From assembly GCA_035221665.1 (NCBI GenBank), contig CM069131.1:27590001-27654000 (forward strand): DNA of 64,000 nt, read 5' to 3'. This document shows positions 27,601-39,864 of this stretch, one piece after another (the first letter of the stretch is position 1; each line of letters begins with the position of its first letter). Under the pieces are notes generated by a model, which did no database searches, was not told the DNA's origin, and saw only the letters and a program-made list of their open reading frames with translations. The translations under genes were made by a program, and so were the position numbers. The stretch comes from Okamejei kenojei. Its lineage: Eukaryota.

Positions 27601-29104
27601 CCTACCGGACTGCCATCTCCGGCCTTCGCCTTGAGGATTTCCCCCTCGGTCCTGGACGGGCGACGATCTTGTGCGATGTGTCGTCCGGTCAGCCGCGCCC
27701 CATCGTCCCTGCCGCCTGGCGCCGGAGGGTTTTCGACGTGATCCACGGGCTGGCTCACCCATCAATCCGGGCGACGACGACACTGGTGGCTGCTCGGTTC
27801 ATGTGGCACGGTCTGCGCAAGCAGGTTGGCCACTGGGCTCGAACCTGCATTCCGTGCCAGACGGCAAAGATCCAGCGGCATGTCCGGGCACCCCCTCCAG
27901 GAGTTCGGCCTACCTCACCGGATTCGACCACCTCCATGTGGACATCGTGGGGCCTCTTCCGCCGTCCCGGGGCATTACCCACCTCCTCACTATGGTGGAC
28001 CGCTTCACTAGGTGGCCGGAGGCCATTCCCTTGGCTGATACTGCAACGGCTACGTGCGCTCGTGCGTTGTCCGCGCACTGGATTGCTCGCTTTGGGGTGC
28101 CGTCGCACATTTCCTCGGACCGGGCACAGTTCACCTCCGAGCTGTGGTCGGCCATGGCTCACTTGTTGGGGTGCGGCTACACCACACCACGGCTTTATCA
28201 CCCGCAAGCCAATGGACTGGTGGAGAGGTTCCACCGGCAGCTCAAGTCAGCGCTGAAGGCACGACTCTCCGGCCCGGACTGGATGGACGAGTTGCCTTGG
28301 GTCTTGTTGGGTATCCGGACTGCCCCCAAAGAGGATTTGGCCTCATCATCGGCGGAGCTCGTATACGGGTCGCCCCTCACGGTGCCCGGGAGTTCATGCC
28401 GTCGGCACTGGGGCAACAAGGAACTCCCTCATCCACTCTAAAGCGCCTTCGCGAGCGAGTTGGCAGCCTCGCACGCCGTCCCGATGTCCCGCCATGGGAC
28501 ATTTCGCCCGCATGTGCCATCAGCCCTCCGGGACTGCCCCTAACGTTTTCCTGCGCCGTGATGCCCACCGGACGCCGCTGCAGAGGCCGTACGAGGGCCC
28601 ATTCCGAGTGCTGCAACACGGGCAGACGACCTTTGTGTTGGACATGGGGGGCCGCCCGGAGACCGTGTCAATTGACCGGTTGAAGCCGGCACATCTGGAC
28701 ATTGACCAGCCAGTGCTGGTTGCCCGACCTCGGCCTCGAGGGCGCCCTCCCTCACGGCTCCCTCCGCCTGTCCTCCCACCGGTCCCTCCACCTGTCCCTC
28801 CACCTGTGCTCCCGCACTCCCGCACGCAGTCCGGCCGTGCTGTGCGCCCGCCGGAGCGTTTCGTACCTCAGGTTCTGGGGGTGGTCCTGTGGCGGCTCCC
28901 AAGGGTCGGGCCATCCTAACAGTCAAACCCCTCGGCACGGGAATGGTGCAGTCCAGAGGCGGCCCTTAACCAGAGGGTTTAAAGGCAAGGGTTTTGGGTG
29001 CCATCTTGCTCTCATTGGACTTCCTGGCGAATTGAGAGACCTAAATAAAAAGGTACTTCCCCTACACCTGGCTTCTCGCCTTGATTTCGGGATCGTACCC
29101 CACA
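24645..29104 (+). mobile_element. Full-length young Gypsy LTR retrotransposon (CsRn1-like)
   Basis: LTRs at 24645-24860 and 28888-29104 differ by 1 substitution and 1 indel; tRNA-Trp-like PBS ttgtgaccccgacg; G-rich PPT at 28876-28887. Gag VSVKLPTF with CHCC knuckle (CYYH-x9-C-x3-C, 25706-25759); [22 protein letters not shown]; RNase H TVDAS/YSAFDRELLA; integrase HVDIVGP...NGLVERFH and GPF. Confidence 0.95.
24888..28919 (+). pseudogene. gag-pol of the CsRn1-like Gypsy (many 1-bp frameshifts as assembled)
   Basis: Domains continue across ORFs starting at 24888, 25270, 25954, 26685, 26618, 27432, 27671 and 28494. Confidence 0.85.
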
Positions 29105-32100
29105 TATATATATATATATATATGTATATATTCTTGTTATATGTATTTAATTAAAATAAAGTATTATATAGAAAAAAAGAGAGATTTTAGTATACATCTT
29201 AATAGTGAATAACACAATTTCAAATAGCGATATCAATAGAGACATGTATACAAATCAAAAAGAAAAACAGAGAGTTATTTTCATCTAATCCTGCCGGGTA
29301 CCCATTGAGTTGTGGTGCCAAGAACAGCTACCCCTTCAAATATTCTGTATATGGAAACCATATCTGTTCAAAGAGTTCGTATTTGTCCATTAGGACAAAT
29401 CTGATTCTTTCCAAATGTAACGTCTCCAACATTTCCACTGTCCACATTTTAATTGTGGGGGATAATGTTCCCTTCCAAAATTTCAATATTAATTTTTTTC
29501 CCTATTATCAAACAGTAATCCAAGAAATTTCTTTGGTTTACTGTTAATATTAGATTTGAATCCGGAACTCCTAATATTATTAATTTTGGATCTGGGTCTA
29601 GTTTAATTTTAAGAACTTCAGAGATAACTCTAAAGATTTCTGTCCAATAATAATTAAGTTTTATACATGTTACAAAACTATGCGTTCAATTAGCTTCCAA
29701 GTTCTGACATTTATCACAAATAGGAGAAATGTTAGAATAAATTCTATTCAATTTCGTTTTTGAATAATGTAATCTGTGTAATACGTTAAATTGTATCAAT
29801 ATATGTCTAACATTTAATGAGCAACGATGTATAGATTGTAGGCTTTTTTCCCAAGTTTACTTCGTTATAGATAAACCCATTTCATTTTCCCATGTTTGTC
29901 GATATATTTCCGAAGTTGGGATTTCCTTATCCAAAATAGTATTATATATATACGCTATTAATTTTTCTGTATTTGGGTGTTTATTAAACAATTCATCTAA
30001 TAATCCTGGTTTTCTATTTTTATAGTCTTGCGTATTTGACTTAATATAATTTCTAATTTGTAAATACCTAAATATGTTATTTGACTGCAATCCATAGATA
30101 TCCTGTAACTCTTGAAATGAAATAAATTTTCCTTCCTTGTAAAGGTGTTCTATCCTTTTAATTCCTAAATCATTTCAGTGTTTAAACCCCTTGTCCAATA
30201 CAGAGGGCTTAAACAAAGGATTATTCATAATTGGCAAACAAAGTGACAAATTATCCATATGTAGGGTCTTAACTATTTGTTTCCAAATACGTCTATTGCT
30301 TTGATTTATAGGGTTATTACCATACTTTTTTTTTTGTACTTCCCTTGGTGCAAAAAGAATCGAACCTACATCAAAAGGCAAACAGTCTTCCTTTTCCATC
30401 TTTAGCCAGCTTGGTTCATGATCTAAATTTACCAACCAAAAATTCATATTCTTAATCTGAACTGCCCAGAAATAATATAGGAAATTTGGTAGTGCTAGTC
30501 CACCATTTATTTTAGATTTACATAGATGTTTTTTACTTATTCGATGGTTTTTATAGTCCCAAATAAAACTATTAACCAAAGTATCTATATTCTTAAAAAA
30601 AACATTTTAGGGAGATATAAAGGGATTGCTTGAAATAAATATAACAATTGTGGTAAAAAAATCATTTTTATAGCATTTATTCTACCGATCATTGATATAG
30701 GTAGTGTTTTCCAATATAAAATATATTTTTTTTAGTTTATTTAATAATTGAGGGTAATTATATTTAAATAGACAGTTATACGATTTAGATACATTAATTC
30801 CTAGATATTTGAGTTTGTCCGTGACTATTTTAAGTGGGAATTGTTCTAATATATTTAATTTTATTCCAGTTATAGGCATAATTTAACTTTTATTCCAATT
30901 AATTCTATACCCAGAAAATGTACTAAACTTAGTTATAACATTAAATAGATTGGGAATACTAATCTCCGGTTTTGTAATATAAATTAAGATGTCATCTACG
31001 TATAGAGATATTTTATTCGTTGTAGTTTTGGTATTATATCCATATATTTCTGGTTCTGATCTAATCATTTCGGCTAATGGTTCTATTACCAGAGCAAATA
31101 GTAATGGTGATAACGGGCATCCTTGTCTACAACCCCTCAAGAGTTTAAATTTTGCTGATAGCATTTGATTTGTTAATATTCTTGCAGTTGGATTCGAGTA
31201 TATGATTTTTACCCCATTTGGAGAATCTATCCCCCAGTTGAAATTTCTGCATTATTTTAAATAAATAATGGCCATTCAACCTGGTCAAATGCTTTTTCAG
31301 CATCTAAGGATATGACAGCTAGTTCAATATCATTCACTCTTTTTGAGTACATGACATTGAATAGACGTCTCAGATTATAGGATGAATAGCGTTTTGGAAT
31401 AAAACCTGTTTGGTCATGATGTATTAATTTATTAATCACTAAACTTAGCCTCCGAGATAAAATTTTTAGTTAGTATTTTTTTGATCAGTATTTAAAAGAG
31501 CTATTGCTCTGTATGATCCAGGGTCTTCCAAATCTTTATCAGCTTTAGGGATAAGTGTAATTGTAGACTCATTTAATGATTCTGGTAACTTTCCTTGTTC
31601 ATAAGCATATTTATATATTGTATGTAAGCGTGGAGAAATCAGATCATGAAACTTCTTATAAAATTCAACACCTAAGCCATCGGGGCCTGCGGCTTTTCCG
31701 TTATTTAATGATCCAATTGATTCTTCAATATCTTTCACTGATATATCAGCGTTTAACAAGTCTCTACCTTCCTGATCTAAACTATTAATATGACATTCTT
31801 GTAGGAATGTTTCCATTCCATCTGATTGTCCTGCTAGTTTAGATAAGTAAAGATTTTGATAATATTGTAAAAATGTATCATTGATATCTTTTGGTAAAGT
31901 CAATATTTCTCCTTGATCAGATCTAATTTTATGTATCATTTTCTCCTCATCTAATTTTCTAAGCTGTCGTGCCGGTAATTTTTGTGGTTTATCCCCAAAT
32001 TCAAAGTGTACTTGTTTAGTCTGTTGAAAAAGTTTAATAATCTGATTTGAGTATATTTTATTTAGCTTGTATTTTAGATGCAATTTTATTACTTAATCCC

Positions 32101-35100
32101 TTAGAAGGGGATATTGCATTTTCAATATCTAATTGTTTTATTTCATTTTCCAACTTTCGTTGAGTCTTTCGATTTTCCTTATTAAAGTATGCGTGTGCTG
32201 ATATTATCGCCCCACACATAAATGCTTTAAATGTATCCCAGAGCAATGATGGTGAAATTCCAGGTTTGTCATTAGTTTCAAAAAATAATTTAATCTGTTT
32301 TACCAAGTAATCATAACAAGCCCTATCCTTTAATATTTGGGGGTTGAGTCTCCAGTTGGAGGTTTTAATAATTATATCTTTTAATTTTATCTTAAATGTT
32401 AATGGAGCGTGATCCGAGATAATAATATTATGATATTTTGAGTCATATGTAAATGGGATTAATTTTGAATCTATTAAAAAATAGTCTATCCTCGAGTAGG
32501 TTCCAAATACAGGTGAAAAGAATGAATATTCTCGACCAGATGGATTATCAATTCTCCAGATATCCCTAACGTTTGCTGTATTAATAAAAGAATTTATAAA
32601 TGTATTTGACTTAGAAGTGGTTTTCCTTTTCGTTGATGATCTATCTAAATAATTATCTAAGGTACAATTAAAATCATCTCCAATTATTAGATTATTTTGA
32701 GTGGATATAGGGATATTGTTAAATATTTTCTTGAAGAATAATGGATTATCAAAATTAGGACCATATATATTCATAAGGATTACTTTTTTAGAATATAATT
32801 CACCTGTAATTATTATATATCTACCCTCAACATCTTCTATTATTGAGCTTTGTTTAAAAGGTATACCTTTACGAATAATTATTGCTACCCCTTTAGACTT
32901 ATGTGTAAATGAAGAGTGATATACTTTGGAAATCCATTTTGCTGTTAATCTATACTGTGCATCTTTCTTAAGGTGTGTCTCTTGGAGAAAAATAATATCA
33001 GATTTCAATCTATTTAATTGAGCTGCTACACCGCCTGCATGTAATGCAAGGATGGGAAGCAAGCTGACGGAGCAAGGGGTGAGAGATATCCCCGCTGGCC
33101 ATCTGCTCCACCCCGGATCCACAAACACTGAGCTTTATTCTATGCTCACCAAGGGATTTATTTCATTTTTATAAACTGCTGTACAAATATAAGAAAAGGA
33201 TATTCTATGCAGAATTATTCCAAACTCCCGAGCTATAACAGGGAGCCTGGTTCAAAAAACTGGAGGCGGCGCTGGAGTAATTAAGAGGGTGTGCGGATGG
33301 TGCAAGGAGCCCAGTCCAGACATCAAAAGGCGAAGTCCCCTCTGGAAAAAATTCACGTCGGCGCTGGTCAGGTCCAGCATCCAGTAATTACCCTTGCCAG
33401 GGACATCGTAATGTCGAACATTTAACAAAACAACAGCTGATTAAGGCTGATGTTGTGGAGGGTGAAGTTCTGCCAGCCTTGCTTGTTCTCAAAAGTAGGG
33501 AAAAAACCCTCATGATGAACTCGTAGCTGCGGTCAGCGGATGACGACGGCTTTGGAGACGCCGACTTAGAGCCACCGGCAGTTCAGCCAGCAGCAGCAAC
33601 TCCGGTGCTTTAAAGCACTGTGGCCACTCCTGTCGGGAGGCAGGCCAAGAGTAAATTGTCCAGGTCTGTCAACTCTGATGAGTGAAGCCAGAAGATTTTT
33701 TCCTAAAATGAACATTGGGGATGTCTGGACAACGTGGAACACCTCATAGCCGAAATAATACAACCAGGAGGAGTTCCAGCCGGGGTTTATACCCCAGGGT
33801 CCCCAGCAGCTTTCAGCAGCAACCTCTAGCAGAGGTCCGTTAAGCAGAAGAGGCCTACGAGTCTGCATGGGGACCCAGCACAGCAGCATCTTGTTTAGGG
33901 CTGTGTGTGTGACCTCCCGTGAACATCAGCCGGGAGAACCAGGGCAGTATGAATCTGACCCTGAAGTTTGGTATCACTGCTTATGTGCATACACCAAAGC
34001 ACATGAGCTATGCTCCAGGTGTGCCGGATGTGGTCAGCAATTTGCCGTACTGGCGGGAACTGGTGAAGCCAGGGATGACAATCTGGCCAGCAATTTAATG
34101 GCCTCTCACCAGTTCCAGGACTCAATAATGGAGGAAATCTTCGCAAGACATATCAAACACCTGTTAACTGTGCATCGCTCTAAAGGAGCGCATCATGAGA
34201 GCGCATGAGGTAAGGCTGCAGAAGTCCTAAAAAACTGGTTGGAGCAGGAACAATGGCGTTTGGGCAAATGGTACAAGGCCACTATCTAAACACAGCAGGA
34301 TATGGACCCTGCTGTGCAAATGCCCATTTTTTAGAATTTAATACTCACGAATAACCATCCAGCCTACGTTCAACCCACGGTTTACAGCCTTGCGCAGATC
34401 CTCTAATATCCAGGGAAAGACCTGGACGATGAGACAAAAACTGAGACCAGGATGCCACCTCTAAAACCATACCCTTTCAGATTAGGAAGGGGTAATTGAA
34501 TATTGGACTGTATCCGGGGATCTCGAATAAGGTATCTCGGAAGTACATCCACCCGTACAAAATACACCTAGTCGGGTATTGGGGTTTTTAATACCACTAA
34601 CTCTACAGGTTAATGATGCATATCAGCCTTAACAATTTGTGTCCAATATTCCCCAGCCAAAAGAACGATGGTGGGTGTCGAGTCATTCTGGGCCTAATCA
34701 TACTTAACTCTTAAGGTCCAGTATAAACGGTTTTTAAAAAAAAAATCGGTATTGTAACTGGGATCAAAAGGGTGTTATATGGCAGCCATAGATCTGAAAG
34801 ATGCATAATATTCAGCTACCAAACACCTGTTGAGAGGTTGGATTCCTCGCCCATCTAATTAAAATCAGATTAGTACCATTTAGAATGATTGGCTAATTGA
34901 GGTTCATCATTGATTTAATTCACATGGCAGTACTTTGCCTATGGCCAAAACTGTAACTAATGTCTCGCGATGTACTAGAAACATTCTGACTCAATAACCT
35001 TTAGTTTACAAACTGATGTAAGCGCTTCAGGATGAGGAGCCACTGATATTGAGTCTGGCTGTGGCGGCAGATAGAATGTGAAAGAAGCATTAGCCCTGCA

Positions 35101-37020
35101 GAGGCTGGGGTAAACTGCGTAGAATTGCTGGGTGCATTCTATGGCCTAAAGCATTCTGCTCAACAAAGCATGATTTGCATGTGCAGCTTCAGATTGATAA
35201 TACCACAGCTGTTGCATATCAATCACATGGGTGGGATGAGGTCATTATTCTGTGGCAATCTGCCTAACCTCATCTGGCACTGGTGCATTACAAGAAACAT
35301 TTGGGTCTCAGATATCTACCTATCAGGTAGAGATGATGTGAAAGTGGCAGACACCAGGTCACGTAAATTCAATGACAAACACAGAATGGATGATGAATCA
35401 AAAAGTTTCAAAATGATTGTCAGCCGGTATGGATTGCCAGACATTGATCTGTTGCATCCGGGTTAAATCAACAGTTACATAAATACGGCATGGGAACCAG
35501 ATCTAGGGACAGTAGCGGAACATACATTCTCGCTACGTTGGGGACGTACGTTCTTACGCTTTCCCCATTCTGCCTCATTTAATCAATGTCTCACCAAAAT
35601 AGAGCACGACTATGCTTAGGCGTTTGGTAGTTCCTAACTGGTCCACACAGCCATGAAACAGCGATGGTCATCAGCCACATAAAACCTCATACAAGGGTGT
35701 CAGTGCAAACTATTTCTAGATGGCTGAAACAGGTTTGCATTGTGCTGGAGTGGACACTGGTGTGTTTAAATCAACGTACGCAGCAAAGGCACAGGACGTG
35801 CCATTAGACCAAATCCTCACCGCAGGATAGTCTAGTTAAGGAGCCTTTTCCACGGTTTATGATAAACCTGTCCTCGCAATGCAAAGATTTGGGCATGCTG
35901 TTTTGGGTTCTGAGTTCTCCTTTGTAATTTCCCCTGCGAAAGAGGGGTTATTACTGTTATTTTATTGTTTAAAACGTTCATTGTATAATTTAAATAATGT
36001 TCAATACATTATTTATTTATCCTGTGTCAACCAAGGCAGTGTGTCATATGGAACTGTATCTATGGCATGAAATCACAGAGCTTTGAAATCTTCACGTAGT
36101 CACTCACGTGACTCCAAAGTAAAACAGTAAGATTAAATGAGAACTTACCAGTTTGAAGTTTGATCTTTATTTTATGAGGAATTACGATGAGGGATTACGT
36201 GCCCTCCGCTCCCGACCTTCATAATCGCAAAGATCATCTGGTAGTTCTAGTTTTCTGAGTCTCAATTTGACTGTAGACTGTGATTTCACGCCACCGCTTT
36301 GAAGTATGACACGCAGGCGCTCTGGCGGGCCTTCTTCACGTAATCCCTCATCATAACTCCTCATAAAATAAAAATCAAACTTCAAACTGGTAAGTTCTCG
36401 TTTATGGCCCTGTTTCACGGTGCGAGTTGACCCACGAGGTACCCCGAGTGAAAGACTCGTGGTTGTGTACGAGATTTCAAGTTTATGTTCAAGTGTTTAA
36501 CCGAGTTCCCACGGGTATGTCATTTCTTCGATGTTCCAAGTTCCTCCTCCGAGTTACCAAGTTCCTCTCCCGTTACTCTTGAGCCAACCGTGAATGAAGG
36601 TATTTTTTAATAAAGCAACAATGTTAAAATACATCTCCATCCTGTGGCTTTGAATTATTTCAGCGCGGCCGCATCTATTGATATGACTTACAAAGGGAAA
36701 ATGCGCACCCTCCAGTAACCAATAACGTGGCAAGTGCATTTCTTGGTGCTTTATGTTTTTGAATGCTGTATTTCCCGGGGTGGGGGGAGAGCTCATTTCA
36801 TAGTATTTGGGGGAGTCTGGCGTTGTGAAGGAGGGGATTGGGGTCAGTAACCCACTTGCCACGCTCCAGTCTCAGTGCAGGTAGATGGGACTAGGTGACA
36901 GTAAATGGTATGGAGTAAAAGGTCCGAGATGGCCTGTTTCCGTGCTGTCATTGCTATATGGTTTTATTGTGGCCGGGGAGTGAATTAGCTTGGGTGGCAG
37001 CCGCAGCGCTCCGGGCACGG

Positions 37021-37250
37021 ACAGCAGAACTGGCCGCCACTTCCGAGGAAGGAAGCAGCTCGGGTGACTGACTTTGAGCGGCCGCCGGGACCCGACAGCA
37101 GACACACACACACACACAGATACACACAGACAGACAGAGAGAGACACACACACACACACAAACAAATACACACAGATACACACAGACAGCAAAACTGGCT
37201 GCCACTTCCGAGGAAGGAAGCAGCTCGGGTGACTGACTTTGAGCAGCCGC
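37021..37250. repeat. ~165-bp tandem repeat with (CA)-rich spacer, running into the assembly gap
   Basis: acagcagaactggccgccacttccgaggaagg... at 37021 and again at 37186. Confidence 0.8.
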
Positions 37251-37410
37251 NNNNNNNNNNNNNNNNNNNNNNNNNNNNNNNNNNNNNNNNNNNNNNNNNN
37301 NNNNNNNNNNNNNNNNNNNNNNNNNNNNNNNNNNNNNNNNNNNNNNNNNNNNNNNNNNNNNNNNNNNNNNNNNNNNNNNNNNNNNNNNNNNNNNNNNNNN
37401 NNNNNNNNNN
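37251..37410. other. Assembly gap (160 N)
   Basis: Run of N. Confidence 1.
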
Positions 37411-37929
37411 CAGACAATCCAATGTCCCAAAATATATTCTTTAAATAGTAAGGTTTCTGTTGTAAGTGTGGTGCCGTGGTTACGGGTGGGCGGAAGGAAG
37501 ATGATGAGGTCTGGTACAAGTTTACTTTGTTTTCAGTAATCAGGCCTCCGTGTTGGCTGATGCCTGGTTGATCGAGCGTTCATACAGTTGCGAGCGAGCG
37601 AGGTCCATATATAGGAGCAAGGAACGCGAAGCCTCTGAGGGGTCATTGTTCCCCTGGTTTGGATTGCTCCCAGGAGAACGGGCACAAAGACAAATTTAGG
37701 CATTTTTCTGTGGAAGGGGGAGGGCAGAATAGAATCGAAAGCATTGTAACAGCAGCACACTCCCCAACACGAAACACAGCGCAGCGTAAACAATTAAACA
37801 GCTTCACTTTTAAAAGCAAAGACACACATTAAATTACATGGCCCCAAGAAATCGCCTCTCAATTGCTTCGGGGTTAGAATTGAAATATATAATATACATA
37901 ATATGTATATACATATTATCCTACAAATA

Positions 37930-38152
37930 TGAGAGTGGTGAATCTGTGGAATTCTCTGCCACAGAAGGTAGTTGAAGCCAGTTCATTGGCTAAGAGAGAG
38001 TTAGATGTGGCACTTGTGGCTAAAGGGATCGGGGGTATGGAGAGAAGGCAGGTACAGGATACTGAGTTGGATGATCAGCCATGATCATATTGAATGGCGG
38101 TGCAGGCTCGAAGGGCTGAATGGCCTACTCCTGCACCTATTTTCTATGTTTC
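37930..38152 (+). mobile_element. CR1 3' fragment
   Basis: gagagtggtgaatctgtggaattctctgcc... followed by the CR1 hairpin tail. Confidence 0.85.
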
Positions 38153-38183
38153 CAAGTTTCTATATATATATATATATATATAT

Positions 38184-38220
<37 letters not shown>

Positions 38221-39864
38221 ATATATAGGCAATATAGTTATATATAGTAGGCAACCCAGGAACCACGCAAAGTATATATACAGCACATGGACATGTGTGT
38301 GTGTGTGTATATACATATACATATACATATACATATGTCCAAGTGCTGTGTATATACTTTGCGTGCTTCCTGGATTGCCTACTGCTGAGTAACTCCACGA
38401 AATATCAACCCCCTTCATTTCAAATCTAAATCTCTCGCCAATCCACAGCCTTCGACCGATTAACTAGAAATGTTGTTCTCGCGAATTCCAAGTTCTCGAG
38501 TTTGGGGAGCGGGGGCGGGGGGGGTTGTCGAGTCGGTGAAAATACAGCTCCAGCTGGACTATAAGATGAGATAAAACAAAAACACTGAAAGCAAATAGTA
38601 ACTTAACAGCGGGAAGTAGGACATATGTGTGTGTGGTGTGCGCGCTACTGAATACTTTCTATCCAGTGTCTCCGCTGCAAATTGCAATGCATACACGTTT
38701 GATATTTAGACAAACTTAATTTTATTTCCAGTTTTGCATTTTTAGTTTGTTCCACACATTTAATTAGTTTTAATCTCTCCAGAAAAAACCTGAAAGTGGA
38801 GATGGTTCTCATACATAAAGCCCAAGAGACGGCTTCTTGATTCTAACGAGTGTTTGGGAAAAATAGTGTTGCAAAATGAAAGTTGCAATGAAATGAGATT
38901 GAACAAGACGACTTTGACACAAAAAGCTGGAGTAACTCACGGGACAGGCAGCATCTCTGGAGAGAAGGGATGGGTGACGTTTCGGGTTGAGACCCTTCTT
39001 CGGACTGGTGTTTGGGAAACGTGGATTAGGTTTGTTTTCGGGGGGCGAGGGGGGGGAATACATTCGCCTTTTTCTCTGAATTCAGGAATGAATGCATGTT
39101 GACACACATAACACAGAGAAGGGGGGATCGCTGCGTTTAGGTCTGAGGAGAAGGGAGCCAAGAAGTTCTCGATTTTCCCTGGCGATAGTTTCACTTTTTT
39201 TGCATTTTTTCTTCTCTCCAGAGATGCCGCCTGTCCCGCTGAGTTACTCCAGCTTTTTGTGTCAAAGTCGTCTTGTTCAATCTCATTTCATTGCAACTTT
39301 CAGCTCTGGATACCCCGCGTTGATCCACGCGTATTTCAGCATTTATATTCCTCAAGCCTCTTTACCTCCCGGAGCCACGTGTAACTTAACCACATGTAGT
39401 TACTCCAGCATTTTGTGACTATCTTTGGTTCAGTCTTTACTCGAGCGAATGAACAGATTATAAGAAAGTTCCCACGGTAGACTCACGAGTCACTAAGGTA
39501 AACGCACGGGCCATTACGTTATTACAACGAGTTTAAATGTTTCCATTTTTAACTTGAACAGTTAATTTGACTCGTGGAAAAAATCAAACATGTTTGATTT
39601 TTTTCACGAGTTAACAAGTTTCCCGAGTACCTGCCGTTAGCGCCACGAGTGGGCAAGTTGATTGCGCGAGTTCATCGTACGTGATCACCACGAGTGAAAA
39701 CTCAGGGTCAATCGTGGGCCAACTCGCACCGTGAGACAGGGTTTTAATCTTACTATTTTAGATGATCAGCCATGATCATATTGAATGGCGGTGCTGGCTC
39801 GAAGGGCCGAGTGGCCTACTCCTGCACCTATTTTTCTATGTTTCAATCTTTAATCCTGATACCA

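Larger units (their letters stand above)
24346..33022 (-). mobile_element. L1-clade LINE, 5'-truncated within the endonuclease; 3'UTR interrupted by a Gypsy
   Basis: Poly-T at 24346-24357; ORFs 32058-33128 (FLQETH, YSRIDYF, SDH), 31466-32083 (KAAGPDG), 31257-31439 (LDAEKAFD), 30883-31164 (RQGCPLSP, YVDD), 30175-30579 (GGLALP). Confidence 0.93.
36405..39743. mobile_element. Non-autonomous PIF/Harbinger-type DNA element (~3.3 kb) with internal cargo
   Basis: TIRs GGCCCTGTTTCACGGTGCGAGTTGACCCACGA / TCGTGGGCCAACTCGCACCGTGAGACAGGG; TTA (or TAA) TSD; removing it restores the DIRS end gttctcgtttaatcttactatt. Confidence 0.8.
33023..39757 (+). mobile_element. Decayed DIRS1-type retroelement, 5' end missing, 3' terminus split by a Harbinger-like insertion
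   Basis: Gag-like LASNLMASHQFQDSIM (compare AASINYMVSHQLQDSVM in the 40255 copy); RT IDLKDA remnant near 34780; RNase H and MT remnants (GLPDIDL); YR remnant. ICR at about 36089-36205; right ITR and extension at 36305-36404, completed at 39744-39757. Confidence 0.85.

Noticed and set aside
25326-28938. Many long overlapping minus-strand ORFs
   Set aside because: Expected in GC-rich Gypsy sequence; no recognisable domains.
24645-29104. GC-rich island as bacterial contamination or prophage
   Set aside because: It has LTRs, PBS, PPT and Gypsy domains with clean junctions inside an L1 3'UTR.
36872-37519. Long ORFs spanning the N gap
   Set aside because: Artefacts of N translation and (CA)n repeats.
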